The notes: generated by a model from the sequence alone, not told the origin. A stretch of DNA of 64,000 nt from Candidatus Yanofskybacteria bacterium (GCA_016185545.1 JACPNJ010000005.1:167754-231753), one strand, 5' to 3'; shown: positions 1 to 9,096, counted from the stretch's first letter. Program-made: numbers and translations.

Positions 1-156
1 ATCAAGATTCATTCCCTCCATTATTGCTTTGGTTAAATCCCGACCGCTTAAGTCAGCAAATTCCAAGTTGAACTTACGCAAGTCTTGGCCGATAAAAGAG
101 TCGTACGGATATGATAAGAGCAATTCTCTTGTGTGGCGGTGCAGAATTTTTATCAT
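1..156 (-). CDS. pentapeptide-repeat protein (5' partial; runs off window start)
   Basis: minus-strand ORF MIKILHRHTRELLLSYPYDSFIGQDLRKFNLEFADLSGRDL... continues to position 1; A(D/N)LxG pentapeptide repeats; lies 12 nt after the TAG stop of the upstream pentapeptide gene, in the same frame. Confidence 0.45.
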   Translation of the reverse strand, partial: MIKILHRHTRELLLSYPYDSFIGQDLRKFNLEFADLSGRDLTKAIMEGMNLD

Positions 157-168
157 TCGTCCCCTTTT

Positions 169-525
169 CTAAAACTTTGTATTTTCATCCCAGCGCCAAT
201 AAGATGTTCTGGCGCCATTTTTTTGAGCGCCAGTCAGATCAGCCCCACATATATTTATTCTTTCCATGTCCGCTCCTTCAAGGTTGGTGCCGATAAACTT
301 TGCGCCTTGGCATTGGGCATAAACCAGGCAGGTTTTCTGGCCAGACATATCCGCGCCGGAAAAATCAGCTTCACGGCAATGGGCGCCTCCGAGATTAATA
401 TTTCTCATGTCCCGGCCGTGGAAATCAGCCCGGCCCAAGTGTTTATTACTCAAATCAGCCCCCACCAGAGAGTCACCCGGAAAAACAAAAATAACCTTTC
501 CGTCCAAGTTTTTTATTTCAACCAC
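169..525 (-). CDS. pentapeptide-repeat protein
   Basis: 118 aa with repeated A(D/N)LxGA(D/N) pentapeptides (GADLSNKHLGRADFHGRDMRNINLGGAHCREADFSGADMSG). Confidence 0.6.
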   Translation of the reverse strand: MVEIKNLDGKVIFVFPGDSLVGADLSNKHLGRADFHGRDMRNINLGGAHCREADFSGADMSGQKTCLVYAQCQGAKFIGTNLEGADMERINICGADLTGAQKNGARTSYWRWDENTKF

Positions 526-602
526 AGAAAATTCCTTTCTTTATTAAATAACTATCATCCAAACAAGATAAACCAATTACCAACAAAAGTCAAAAATATC
601 TA

Positions 603-634
603 TTTGAAAAATAAAACAACGATCGCTCGTTGTT
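603..634 (-). terminator. rho-independent terminator after the GT2 gene
   Basis: 8-bp stem aacaacga/tcgttgtt followed on the minus strand by ttttattttt, directly after the stop at 634. Confidence 0.7.
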
Positions 635-1398
635 TAAGATTGCGTATTTTTAACCAGACGTTTCGGCTGGAATCGAACCAGCCAAAATAATCTCAAAAGC
701 GTTTTACCAACTTCGATAAAGTTATGCGGCTTAAGAACGAAGCCGCTTGGTTTCCCACGACTTAAAATGACTGGAATCTCCTTATATGTTAGATCAGGAT
801 GTGATTTAACAGCAGATACAAAGGCCTCAACATTATAGGCCAAACCGTTATTCCTCAAATCCAGTGATCGCAGAAGCTCCCTTTTATAAATAGAAGTTCC
901 ATTATAATAAATCACCTTAAGACCAAAAAGAAAATTGCACAGTCGGGTAAAAATTCGTGAAAGTATTCGTCTGAATAGCGTGCGCCATTCCATATTTGCC
1001 GTATATGATAATATAACATCTGCCTCGCCGATATGTGAAAAAATGGACGTAACCACTCCTTCATTAATCTCGTCGTCACAAAGGATGCAAGTTATATATT
1101 CTTTTGTGGCCAGATCAACTCCTTGCCTGTACTTAAATCCAAGATTAACATATCTGGCGTTATGAATATCTTTTATATTAGAATATCTAACCGCCAGTGC
1201 TTTAGCCACAGCAGGCGTTGCGTCGCAAACACCAGTTTTGTCGGTATTTGTAATGATTAAAATCTCTAAATCTTCAAAACCTAACTTGTTCAGAACGCCA
1301 ATCACTATTTCGGTAAATGGCTCCAGAATCCCGGCCTTTTTATAAGCCGGGACAATCACGGTTAATGACGGCATATTTTTTACATGTGTGTTTTGCAT
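634..1398 (-). CDS. family 2 glycosyltransferase
   Basis: N-terminal LTVIVPAYKKAG... GT2 (GT-A) signature; 254 aa. Confidence 0.7.
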   Translation of the reverse strand: MQNTHVKNMPSLTVIVPAYKKAGILEPFTEIVIGVLNKLGFEDLEILIITNTDKTGVCDATPAVAKALAVRYSNIKDIHNARYVNLGFKYRQGVDLATKEYITCILCDDEINEGVVTSIFSHIGEADVILSYTANMEWRTLFRRILSRIFTRLCNFLFGLKVIYYNGTSIYKRELLRSLDLRNNGLAYNVEAFVSAVKSHPDLTYKEIPVILSRGKPSGFVLKPHNFIEVGKTLLRLFWLVRFQPKRLVKNTQS

Positions 1399-1399
1399 A

Positions 1400-2077
1400 T
1401 TAGACGGATATCCTTAACTTATTGGCAACTTCGTTAATCAGCCTAGAGGTCCAGAGGTCAAAAACAATCTCGCCACTTTTTCTCATCTCAATTATTTCAA
1501 CAAGCGGCCTAACCACCAAAAGAGTAAATTCATTCTCTTGAGGCTCGCCATAAATTCTATCTGGCGGTAGATCATTCTTATTTATTTCTACAACTCCACC
1601 CCAACCGAAAGCATTAATTAGAGAAGGGAGCAAATATTCTTTAAAAACCACCTGAATATCTTCAAGATTTACTTTAACTCCAACCTCTTCTTCAAGTTCC
1701 CTAGCCATTGATTTTAACACGCCTTCAGGTCCGATTATGCCGCCGGGCGCTTCCCATGTAACAATCTCAACCGCATTCCTAAACTGAGCCACCAGAACAA
1801 TATAACATTTGCCCTCGGATACAAAATACGGCAGGACATTCGCCCCGCTTGGCCCTTCAACCGCCGGTAAAATTACGGTTCTGCTGAATTTACCGCCAAT
1901 CGTAATACGGGCCTGTTTTTCTACAAAACAAACAAGATTCCATCGTAAAAGTTCTTTTATGTCAACTATCTCGCCCGTTATACTCAGCATTGTATCTCCT
2001 TTCAATGATATCTCTCCACCGTTGTTTAGGGATCTCATTCTGATTATTTCAGCAAACGGTTTGATTATCAATGGCAA
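1400..2077 (-). CDS. Nudix hydrolase
   Basis: Nudix box GGIIGPEGVLKSMARELEEEVGV. Confidence 0.65.
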   Translation of the reverse strand: MPLIIKPFAEIIRMRSLNNGGEISLKGDTMLSITGEIVDIKELLRWNLVCFVEKQARITIGGKFSRTVILPAVEGPSGANVLPYFVSEGKCYIVLVAQFRNAVEIVTWEAPGGIIGPEGVLKSMARELEEEVGVKVNLEDIQVVFKEYLLPSLINAFGWGGVVEINKNDLPPDRIYGEPQENEFTLLVVRPLVEIIEMRKSGEIVFDLWTSRLINEVANKLRISV

Positions 2078-2091
2078 ACAGATTGACGGTC

Positions 2092-3015
2092 CTAAGCGGA
2101 TAAATTATTTTCGGCCTGTATTACTTGATTTAATTCGTTGTCTGAAATGTGGTGGACATGTTTGTCGCTTGGAAATCTTTTTTCTTTTACGGCTTTGACA
2201 TACCATCGAAAAGCATCCAGGGTCGCTTCTCCGACGGTAATGCCCTGTCTCTCCGTAAGATATTTTTCAAAGTGGATCGGCGGATTACCCGGCCATTCAA
2301 AAAATCCAAGCAAATCCGAACTGATAACAAGCTGGCCGTCAAGTTTGCGGCCGGCGGCGATGCCAAATACTGGAATATTAACTTTTGATTTCAGCATTTC
2401 GGCCACCTCTTCAGTAACCGCTTCAATTAAAATCATGCAGGCACCCGCTTTTTCGGCTTCAACGATTACTTTGCTTAATTCCAAAAAACTTTCTCTTGTC
2501 TTACCTTGAGTTCTGTAACCCCCGAGCATTTCAGCTTTATTCGGATTTAAGCCGATATGGGCTACCACCAGGCAAGCATTGGCAACGGCTTCAATGCGAT
2601 CAATATAGTTAAGATTGATTTCTTCTTTTACCGCATTGCAACCCCCTTCCTTGATAAAGCGCAAGGCATTGCGTACCGCTTCTTCTTTTGAAACCTCATA
2701 CGAACCAAGCGGCATATCGCCGACAACGAACAATCTGTCCGTACCTCTTCTCACCGCTTGGGTAAACATAATCATCTCGTCCATTGTCTCCGGTAAAGTA
2801 TTGGCCCGACCCTGCAGGGTCATACTCACAGAATCACCGACAATAATCATATCCCCGCCAGCTCTATCAAATAAACGGGCATGTAGAGCATCATAAATGC
2901 TCAGGGCACAAATAATTTCGGGGTCCGGCCTCTTTTTTTTCATGTCATGCAAAGTCTTAATAGTCACCCGTTTGGTTTTTGACTGAAGGGGAATGGCGCT
3001 TTTTTCGTCAGACAT
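2092..3015 (-). CDS. panB: 3-methyl-2-oxobutanoate hydroxymethyltransferase (ketopantoate hydroxymethyltransferase)
   Basis: PanB motifs MIIVGDSVSMTLQG, VVGDMPLGSY, VVAHIGLNPN. Confidence 0.7.
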   Translation of the reverse strand: MSDEKSAIPLQSKTKRVTIKTLHDMKKKRPDPEIICALSIYDALHARLFDRAGGDMIIVGDSVSMTLQGRANTLPETMDEMIMFTQAVRRGTDRLFVVGDMPLGSYEVSKEEAVRNALRFIKEGGCNAVKEEINLNYIDRIEAVANACLVVAHIGLNPNKAEMLGGYRTQGKTRESFLELSKVIVEAEKAGACMILIEAVTEEVAEMLKSKVNIPVFGIAAGRKLDGQLVISSDLLGFFEWPGNPPIHFEKYLTERQGITVGEATLDAFRWYVKAVKEKRFPSDKHVHHISDNELNQVIQAENNLSA

Positions 3016-3106
3016 TATTCTTCTCCTTTATGTAAAAGAGCGTCAATTCACAAAACAAGTAAACCAAATGTGTGTTTAAAAGTCAAAAACCCCTAATGGG
3101 GTTTAT

Positions 3107-4768
3107 CTAATCAAGTATTTTAAAAGGTTCGTCTTTCTTTTGCGGCTTTGGCGGCGGGGGTATCAGCCCGCCTTGCGGCAAACCGCCTAGCATCGGCGTT
3201 GTCGCTTGAGACATTGTTCTCTTGGGCTCGTAAAGACGCTCGCCGGGAGCATGTTTCTTGTACTCCAACTCTATGCTTCTGCGGATATTTAGCAGAAGAC
3301 TTACAATTGAAAATTTCATCGGATATATTTTGAAAACATTCAGATAACCCTTAACGAAAAAATAAAAAATGAAATAAAGTTTTGCCAGAGGCAGTTTGAA
3401 CAGAAATTCGGCAAATTTCCTGGAATATAAGAACGGGAAAGCAAGAAATACCGTTCCCAGCAACGACATGTTGCTTTGCATTCTTTTTTCCAGTGGGGTA
3501 AAACAATTTAACGGACTCTCGTTTTGATAACTTGCGTTAAGATTACCGAAATCAGAATAATCAAACCAGCCGTTTTCTACCACATAGTCGGAAAGTTCAC
3601 AGCCCGGATAAGGATAAACGGGCGAGAATTCTCCGAAAGTAACTTTGGATTTTATATTCAACTCCAAAGAATCAAAATCGTAATCAATCGCCGTTTTTCC
3701 CTGCTCGGTCATTACTTCACTTTTTATCGGAATGGCCAAGATTGAATTGGCAAAAGTTTTGACGCCCATTTCATTGCAAAGCGCGAAGGCCTCTTCAATT
3801 TCAGGCCGGGTCATGTGGCGTTTTATGATTTTTTCTCTGATATAATCGTTGCCCGACTCAATGGACATTGTTAATGAATGAAGGCCGGCTTTCTTCAGGG
3901 CGGTAAGATTCTCTCTGGTCAAAACGTTGCATCGCGTTAAGCAGAAAAACGGCAGGCCGACTTCTTGAGGGTAAATTTCGGCAAATTCAGCAAGCCAAAA
4001 ATCAACGCTCCGGCTTAAAATAAACATATCGTCATAAAATTTAATGAACTGGGTAGGATACCTGTGTTTTAATTCTTTAAGTTCGGCGCATAATCGTCTA
4101 GGAGAATATCTTCTGTATATCGAACCCAAACCGCGCTGCTGGATGTTCGTTTTGGGTTCAAAACAATAAGTACATTCAAACGGACAGCCCCACGAACTCA
4201 TGAAACAGCGCATTGGAAATTTGCCTAAATGCGTTTTGCTGTAAACAATCTCTCTGTCATAAAAAGGTAGCCCATCCAGAGGGTGAGTTAATTTGTGTCT
4301 GAAACGATTCCGATTCGCTTCCGTTTCGTTTTTCCATTTGGAAAGCCAAGTCTCTCTGGTAAAAATATTAGGAATATTACCGGCATCTTCTCCGGCCTGT
4401 AAAGCTTTAAGCAGTTTTGGCCAAGCAACATCGCATTCGCCTACACCAATCGCGTTTAAATCGCTTTCTTCAATAATATCGGGATTGAAGGTCGGATGAG
4501 GCCCACCCATAATTGTAATAATATTTTTGGAATAATCCTTTACTTTGTCGTTAGCTTTCAGAAAAAATTGCTGTTCGCCAGTTTTTACACTGCAATGTGC
4601 GACTATATCCGGTTTGATACGCTTTAATTCTTCGCCCAAGTCGTCCTGACTCAAAACGGTTAAAAATGTCGCGAATCCTTCCCGTTTTGCCAAGGCTGAC
4701 ATCAGCATTACACCCATCGGGTCAATGTAATCAACGTTATTTACAACAAAAAGAATTTTGTCGGCCAC
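3107..4768 (-). CDS. B12-binding domain radical SAM enzyme (class B radical-SAM methyltransferase-like)
   Basis: N-terminal B12-binding-like fold, then a CxxxCxxC cluster (WGCPFECTYCFEP); 553 aa with a Pro-rich C-terminal tail. Confidence 0.75.
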   Translation of the reverse strand: MADKILFVVNNVDYIDPMGVMLMSALAKREGFATFLTVLSQDDLGEELKRIKPDIVAHCSVKTGEQQFFLKANDKVKDYSKNIITIMGGPHPTFNPDIIEESDLNAIGVGECDVAWPKLLKALQAGEDAGNIPNIFTRETWLSKWKNETEANRNRFRHKLTHPLDGLPFYDREIVYSKTHLGKFPMRCFMSSWGCPFECTYCFEPKTNIQQRGLGSIYRRYSPRRLCAELKELKHRYPTQFIKFYDDMFILSRSVDFWLAEFAEIYPQEVGLPFFCLTRCNVLTRENLTALKKAGLHSLTMSIESGNDYIREKIIKRHMTRPEIEEAFALCNEMGVKTFANSILAIPIKSEVMTEQGKTAIDYDFDSLELNIKSKVTFGEFSPVYPYPGCELSDYVVENGWFDYSDFGNLNASYQNESPLNCFTPLEKRMQSNMSLLGTVFLAFPFLYSRKFAEFLFKLPLAKLYFIFYFFVKGYLNVFKIYPMKFSIVSLLLNIRRSIELEYKKHAPGERLYEPKRTMSQATTPMLGGLPQGGLIPPPPKPQKKDEPFKILD

Positions 4769-5193
4769 ATTTCACCTTCTCTCCAGCCATAATTTAATTT
4801 TCAAAAAACTTGTTATTGAGAGTAACACGAACTATCATATTTATCAAATTCTTCAGGGGTCAAAAATTACAAACCAAGCTCACCCCCCTAATTTTTCTTC
4901 CTGTATCATGCCTTCATTACAAATTGCGGTCACTGGCTAAATTGTCGGACACAGACCAGTTCTCCGTTTGCCGCTTGCCCGCCTAAATTTTGCTTCGCAA
5001 AACTTGGGCGGGCTGACGCGTTTTCCGACTAGTCCTAGTGTTACCCGACAATTCTTAACGCCAGTTCCCTTATTTGTATAATCGGCAGATAATGTCAGAA
5101 AAATAAGGGGGTTCCGCTTAGGTTGGGTTTGTAATTTTTTAATTTTAGAGTAATTTTGGAGATTAATTTTGGAGATTCAATCTCCAAAGAGTG

Positions 5194-5354
5194 GGCTTGG
5201 TGGGCAATGCCTCATAGCACCGTCAAAAGAGTGGGTTGCACGGTTTGCGAGCAGTATAATAGTAAAACACTGCGAGCAAAATCCACGCTTTTGACGGAAT
5301 GCAGTCCGCTCGCTGGGCGGACAAATGGTGCTATGAGACATTGCCCACCAAGCC
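5194..5354. repeat. long imperfect inverted repeat / structured non-coding element
   Basis: 'gggcttggtgggcaatgcctcatagcaccgtcaaaag' pairs with 'cttttgacgg...ggtgctatgagacattgcccaccaagccc' (~29 + 10 bp arms); internal hairpins; tandem 'aattttggagatt' x2 just upstream; no ORF. Confidence 0.55.
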
Positions 5355-5391
5355 CCGTTTAGCATTTATTAAAATGTTGTATAATAAAAAT

Positions 5392-5778
5392 ATGGAAAAC
5401 GTAAATCTAACCACAATGTTTGCCTCTGCTATTATACTCTCGGGGATTTTTGTTCTTAATTTGATTGTAGGTATGTACTACGGTTTTGGCGTTCGGCATT
5501 ACTGGTTTTTCCAGACATTGCATTTTTTGGGCGGGTTTTTTGTGGCTATGTTTTTCTCAAGCCTTTTCAACTCCACCGTTTTGATTTTAATAGGTCTTGG
5601 CGTCATCAGCATTTTGTGGGAATCGGCGGAGTTTTTGATTGCGTCTATTCCGACGCTTTCAAAATACGTAAAAGAGCAGTTCCGGCTTAAAAATGTGGAC
5701 TACAAATGGGCGGACGCCTTATTTGATCTTGCTTTAAATTCCACCGGCGCGATTCTGTTTATCTATATTTTTAAATGA
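5392..5778 (+). CDS. small integral membrane protein (hypothetical)
   Basis: hydrophobic segments; start moved to Met MENVNLTT because the 5' part of the ORF overlaps the inverted-repeat structure. Confidence 0.45.
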   Translation: MENVNLTTMFASAIILSGIFVLNLIVGMYYGFGVRHYWFFQTLHFLGGFFVAMFFSSLFNSTVLILIGLGVISILWESAEFLIASIPTLSKYVKEQFRLKNVDYKWADALFDLALNSTGAILFIYIFK

Positions 5779-6299
5779 CCAAGTGTATTTTTCTTGACCG
5801 TGATGGCGTGCTTGTTAAGAGCGTTTTAAGGAACGGGCAATTGGACGCGCCGTTTAATTTGGCTGAATTCGAAATTGTAAAGGATGCGCCGGACGCAGTA
5901 ACAAATTTTAAAAAATTGGGTTATCTTTGTATCGTAATTTCTAATCAGCCGGGTATCTCTCTAGGCCAGATTAGCCAGACGGAAGTTGAACTAATGAATC
6001 AAAAACTTCTAGCCCAATTGCTATTGGACGATATCTACATTTGTCCCCACTCTCATCTTGAGAATTGCGAGTGTCAAAAACCAAAAATCGGCCTTTTTTT
6101 AAAAGCAATCCAGAGATGGGAGATTGATCCCAAAATCTCGTTTATGATCGGAGACCGAGATACAGATATTCAAGCGGCCAAAAAAGTTGGTTGTCGCAGT
6201 ATTTTAATAACTGGCGGAGACGATTCTGGATTAACCGAGCCCGATTTTTATGCGACCAGTTTGACTGAGGCGGTTTTGGTGGTAGCTCAAAATAGCTAA
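5775..6299 (+). CDS. gmhB: D-glycero-D-manno-heptose 1,7-bisphosphate phosphatase-like HAD-IIIA phosphatase
   Basis: FLDRDGVL HAD motif I and the CxH...CxC zinc motif (CPHSHLENCECQKPK) typical of GmhB/histidinol-phosphatase-like enzymes. Confidence 0.7.
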   Translation: MTKCIFLDRDGVLVKSVLRNGQLDAPFNLAEFEIVKDAPDAVTNFKKLGYLCIVISNQPGISLGQISQTEVELMNQKLLAQLLLDDIYICPHSHLENCECQKPKIGLFLKAIQRWEIDPKISFMIGDRDTDIQAAKKVGCRSILITGGDDSGLTEPDFYATSLTEAVLVVAQNS

Positions 6300-6325
6300 G
6301 AAAAAAACTGAGCTTTTAAGCTCAG
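6298..6325 (-). terminator. rho-independent terminator (minus strand)
   Basis: hairpin ctgagcttttaagctcag preceded on the plus strand by an A7 tract (a U tract on the minus strand). Confidence 0.55.
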
Positions 6326-6497
6326 TCTGTAAAAGAAAAAAGTGTATAAGCTATGCGGGTTTTGTGCGGGTTTGTGATTTTCAAGTGATGGATCGGCGGC
6401 TGTACGGTACTATCCACGAACATCATCAATTACAGGGTCGAATCTTAGACAGCTAACAAATTAAAACTCCATTTCTCGCGAGAAATAGTGTCGTTTA

Positions 6498-6833
6498 TTA
6501 TGGGTTACCAAGTGCGTTCCAAAATTTTGCACTCATCTCTTTAGCACTAATTTTAGGATAAACCCCAATCCTGCCGTAATGGAGTATCAAAAAAGTACGA
6601 TCATCACAAGGAATTACTTTTAAATTTTCTGGTCGAACATCATTTTCATCTAAAAACCTCATTAGTCTATTACTTTTAACCCCCGAGGAATTCAGATCAT
6701 TGACATCCAAGAAAAAACCGTGCCACTTTATTTTTTTTCTATTTTTCTCTGCGACTTTTCCATTACCCAAACTTTTTTCTTTCATAGTTTGTTTCACTGT
6801 TTGTTTCACTTTTTCCTCTTTATTCAATTGCAA
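6498..6833 (-). CDS. hypothetical protein (TTG start)
   Basis: 111-aa ORF lying directly downstream (on the minus strand) of promoter-like repeat R1. Confidence 0.4.
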   Translation of the reverse strand: MQLNKEEKVKQTVKQTMKEKSLGNGKVAEKNRKKIKWHGFFLDVNDLNSSGVKSNRLMRFLDENDVRPENLKVIPCDDRTFLILHYGRIGVYPKISAKEMSAKFWNALGNP

Positions 6834-6917
6834 AAGACCAATCTGCCGGGGCTTTTATGGCTCCCCAGCATCATAAGTAGGTTAGCATACGAGCCTATGG
6901 CGTGTCAAGAGTAAAAG
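6818..6917 (-). promoter_or_regulatory. repeat R1 copy 1 (promoter-like cassette)
   Basis: ~95-bp sequence duplicated at 8404-8500; the minus strand carries TTGACA-N18-TAACCT. Confidence 0.5.
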
Positions 6918-7924
6918 GTAATGTGCAAGCACATATGGCGGTTTTCTCCTAACATGGAGAAATGGCCATATCTATGTCAAAAACAATCAAAGAAGAACGT
7001 TTAAGATGGGTACAGCCCATAGTCAGAAAAGAGGTAAAGTTGGTTGATGCGGCAAGGGTTTGTCTCTACGGCAAGCGTACTCTTGAGAGATGGGTTGCCG
7101 CATACAAAAAGAATGGTGAAAGCGGTTTAGAACCCAGGTCTACAGCACGCAAGACCCAAAACAACGAGACACCGATTCGTATTAAAGAGCATGTAATTGC
7201 GCTCCGCAAACAAACCCATAAATGCGCTTTGAAATTGTACTGGCACATGAAGAAGGAGGGATTGATTGTTCCAGCAAGAACCATCGGTAAAATCCTTAAA
7301 CAAGAAGGGCTGGTGCGAAAGTATCGGGTTAAACGAGTAAAGTATAAATATCTCAAAGCCACGCTCAAACCAGGCGAACTTGTGGAAATAGATGTTAAAT
7401 ATGTTCCCGGAGCTGTTGCGGGACGCCAATACTTTCAATATACCGCTGCCGACAAGGCTTCGCGGTGGAGACATCTTGAAATTTATGACGAGCAGGTCAA
7501 TCATCACAGCGTTTTGTTCCTTTCAGAAATAATCAGAAGGGCGCCATTTCATATTTTAGCAATCAAAACGGACAACCATTCAACATTTACTAATTACTAC
7601 ACCGGTACCAACAAAAGAAGCGACCTCTTGGTAAAGTCGCTTCATGCACTGGATATTGCCTGCCGAGAATATGGCATCAGACATTATTTAATTGACCCGG
7701 GCAAGCCGGCACAGAATGGCACAGTAGAACGAAGCCATCGTGAAGACCAAGAAAAGCTTTATGATAAACATTCGTTCGTTTCTGAAAAAGAGTTGCGCTA
7801 CCGCGTCAGATTGTGGAATATGTACTACAACAACCTTGAACACTGCGGGTTGAACGGAAAAACGCCAAATGAGTTTATCGCAAATTATCAACTAACCCAT
7901 CCGCCAAATGTGCCTGCCTAGAAC
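6918..7924 (+). mobile_element. IS481-family insertion sequence
   Basis: ~1 kb; terminal inverted repeats 'aatgtgcaagcacatatggcgg' vs the reverse complement of 'ccgccaaatgtgcctgcctagaac'; single DDE integrase-type transposase; interrupts an R1-R2 cassette that is intact at 8404-8529; short A-rich target duplication. Confidence 0.75.
6962..7921 (+). CDS. IS481-family transposase (integrase catalytic core, DDE)
   Basis: N-terminal HTH followed by an rve core with D (VEIDVKYV), D (IKTDNHSTF) and E (NGTVERSH). Confidence 0.85.
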   Translation: MAISMSKTIKEERLRWVQPIVRKEVKLVDAARVCLYGKRTLERWVAAYKKNGESGLEPRSTARKTQNNETPIRIKEHVIALRKQTHKCALKLYWHMKKEGLIVPARTIGKILKQEGLVRKYRVKRVKYKYLKATLKPGELVEIDVKYVPGAVAGRQYFQYTAADKASRWRHLEIYDEQVNHHSVLFLSEIIRRAPFHILAIKTDNHSTFTNYYTGTNKRSDLLVKSLHALDIACREYGIRHYLIDPGKPAQNGTVERSHREDQEKLYDKHSFVSEKELRYRVRLWNMYYNNLEHCGLNGKTPNEFIANYQLTHPPNVPA

Positions 7925-7957
7925 AAAAAAACAAAACCGCCAAATGGCGGCAAATCA
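7925..7957 (-). terminator. repeat R2 copy 1 (rho-independent terminator)
   Basis: minus strand: ccgccatttggcgg hairpin followed by ttttgtttt. Confidence 0.6.
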
Positions 7958-8042
7958 GTTGGTTAGTAATTTTTGATAAAGTAGGCCCAAGCGAAGTCGT
8001 AAAGACACTCCATAATAAAAAACGAGGTGTTTCCTCGTTCAA

Positions 8043-8390
8043 TTAATTCAACCTGTTTACTATAAAAGTTTTATCTAGTTTTTCTCCTAACATGGGGGAA
8101 TATTTTTTTGTTTTCCAGAAACCAGGTTTTTCTTTAGAAACCTTCCACCTGCTACCATTAGATAAAGTGACTATCCAATAATCTATTTCCCTAGTTATTG
8201 CAAATTGAGGGACGGTTGTTTCTATAAAACTATATGACTCAATTTTTGTTATGCTGTATTTGGAGTTTTCTAGAAGTACTCTTTGTATTACTTGACCGTT
8301 TCTCACAAAATAATAAAATGCTGGAATAGCAAATATAAGAAAAAATATCAGCATTTTTGCCCAAGGATTAATACTATTAAGTTTTAACAC
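8043..8390 (-). CDS. hypothetical membrane-anchored protein (GTG start)
   Basis: 115 aa with an N-terminal hydrophobic helix; downstream of R1 copy 2. Confidence 0.4.
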   Translation of the reverse strand: MLKLNSINPWAKMLIFFLIFAIPAFYYFVRNGQVIQRVLLENSKYSITKIESYSFIETTVPQFAITREIDYWIVTLSNGSRWKVSKEKPGFWKTKKYSPMLGEKLDKTFIVNRLN

Positions 8391-8403
8391 AATATCCTCC
8401 TTT

Positions 8404-8500
8404 TTTATTCAATTGAAAAAGATCAACCTGCCGGGGCTTTTATGGCTCCCCAGCATCATAAGTAGGTTAGCATACGAGCCTATGGCGTGTCAAGAGTAAA
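8404..8500 (-). promoter_or_regulatory. repeat R1 copy 2 (promoter-like cassette)
   Basis: near-identical to 6818-6917. Confidence 0.5.
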
Positions 8501-8529
8501 AAACAAAACCGCCAAATGGCGGCAAATCA
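8501..8529 (-). terminator. repeat R2 copy 2 (terminator; contiguous with R1 here)
   Basis: identical to 7925-7957; follows the stop of 8549..8863 on the minus strand. Confidence 0.6.
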
Positions 8530-8548
8530 TTTTTCTTTTCAAGATGAT

Positions 8549-8863
8549 TTACACCAATCTTTTTCCAATAGCCTTGACGGTGCGCTCAAGAATCTTAATC
8601 CTATGCTGCAAATCTAAAATATCACCTTCTTCAAAGCGAGTTAAGACCTCATAGATATCATCAATTTTAGCTTCTATTTTACCCGTACGAGATTGAAATT
8701 CTTCCTTTGTCACCATTCTCTGTTCCACTGATTCAAAACCCCTGGCCACCATATTTGCCAGATCATCAAGGGTTACCCCTTTTTTATTCTTGTTTGGCAT
8801 ATATGTAAATATATCTAGTGGTCGCCAACTTGCAAGATTGACAAGTAAGTATATGTTTTGCAA
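8549..8863 (-). CDS. hypothetical protein
   Basis: 104-aa ORF; likely start at the internal Met MPNKNKKG; coiled-coil-like. Confidence 0.4.
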   Translation of the reverse strand: MQNIYLLVNLASWRPLDIFTYMPNKNKKGVTLDDLANMVARGFESVEQRMVTKEEFQSRTGKIEAKIDDIYEVLTRFEEGDILDLQHRIKILERTVKAIGKRLV

Positions 8864-9065
8864 ATTAAAAAGCGGCTGACTGCACCGCTTGTTTATTTAT
8901 CTCTTATTTGATAAGCCCTTCTCTACATTTCCCACCAATTGCGAGGTTACCGAAGTAACCTGATGAAAAGTAATGCGTTGTTTTGCCAAACCATAGGTGA
9001 ATAATATGGCAAAAAGCAAAAAATGTGCACCTATTAAATCCATAACATCTTTTGTAATTTTGAAA

Positions 9066-9096
9066 ATAAAAAAACCCGGCTCATTGGCTGGGTTTA
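9066..9096 (-). terminator. rho-independent terminator after the TPP enzyme gene
   Basis: minus strand: cccagccaatgagccggg hairpin followed by tttttttatttt. Confidence 0.6.

Noticed and set aside
133-690. Plus-strand ORF 133..690 (185 aa)
   Set aside because: It is antisense to the pentapeptide-repeat gene and its terminator, and the sequence is low-complexity. The minus-strand pentapeptide ORFs explain the region.
6430-6460. tRNA-like T-arm motif 'gggtcgaatc'
   Set aside because: No complementary acceptor stem, D-arm or anticodon stem can be formed around it. Probably a chance match; no tRNA called.
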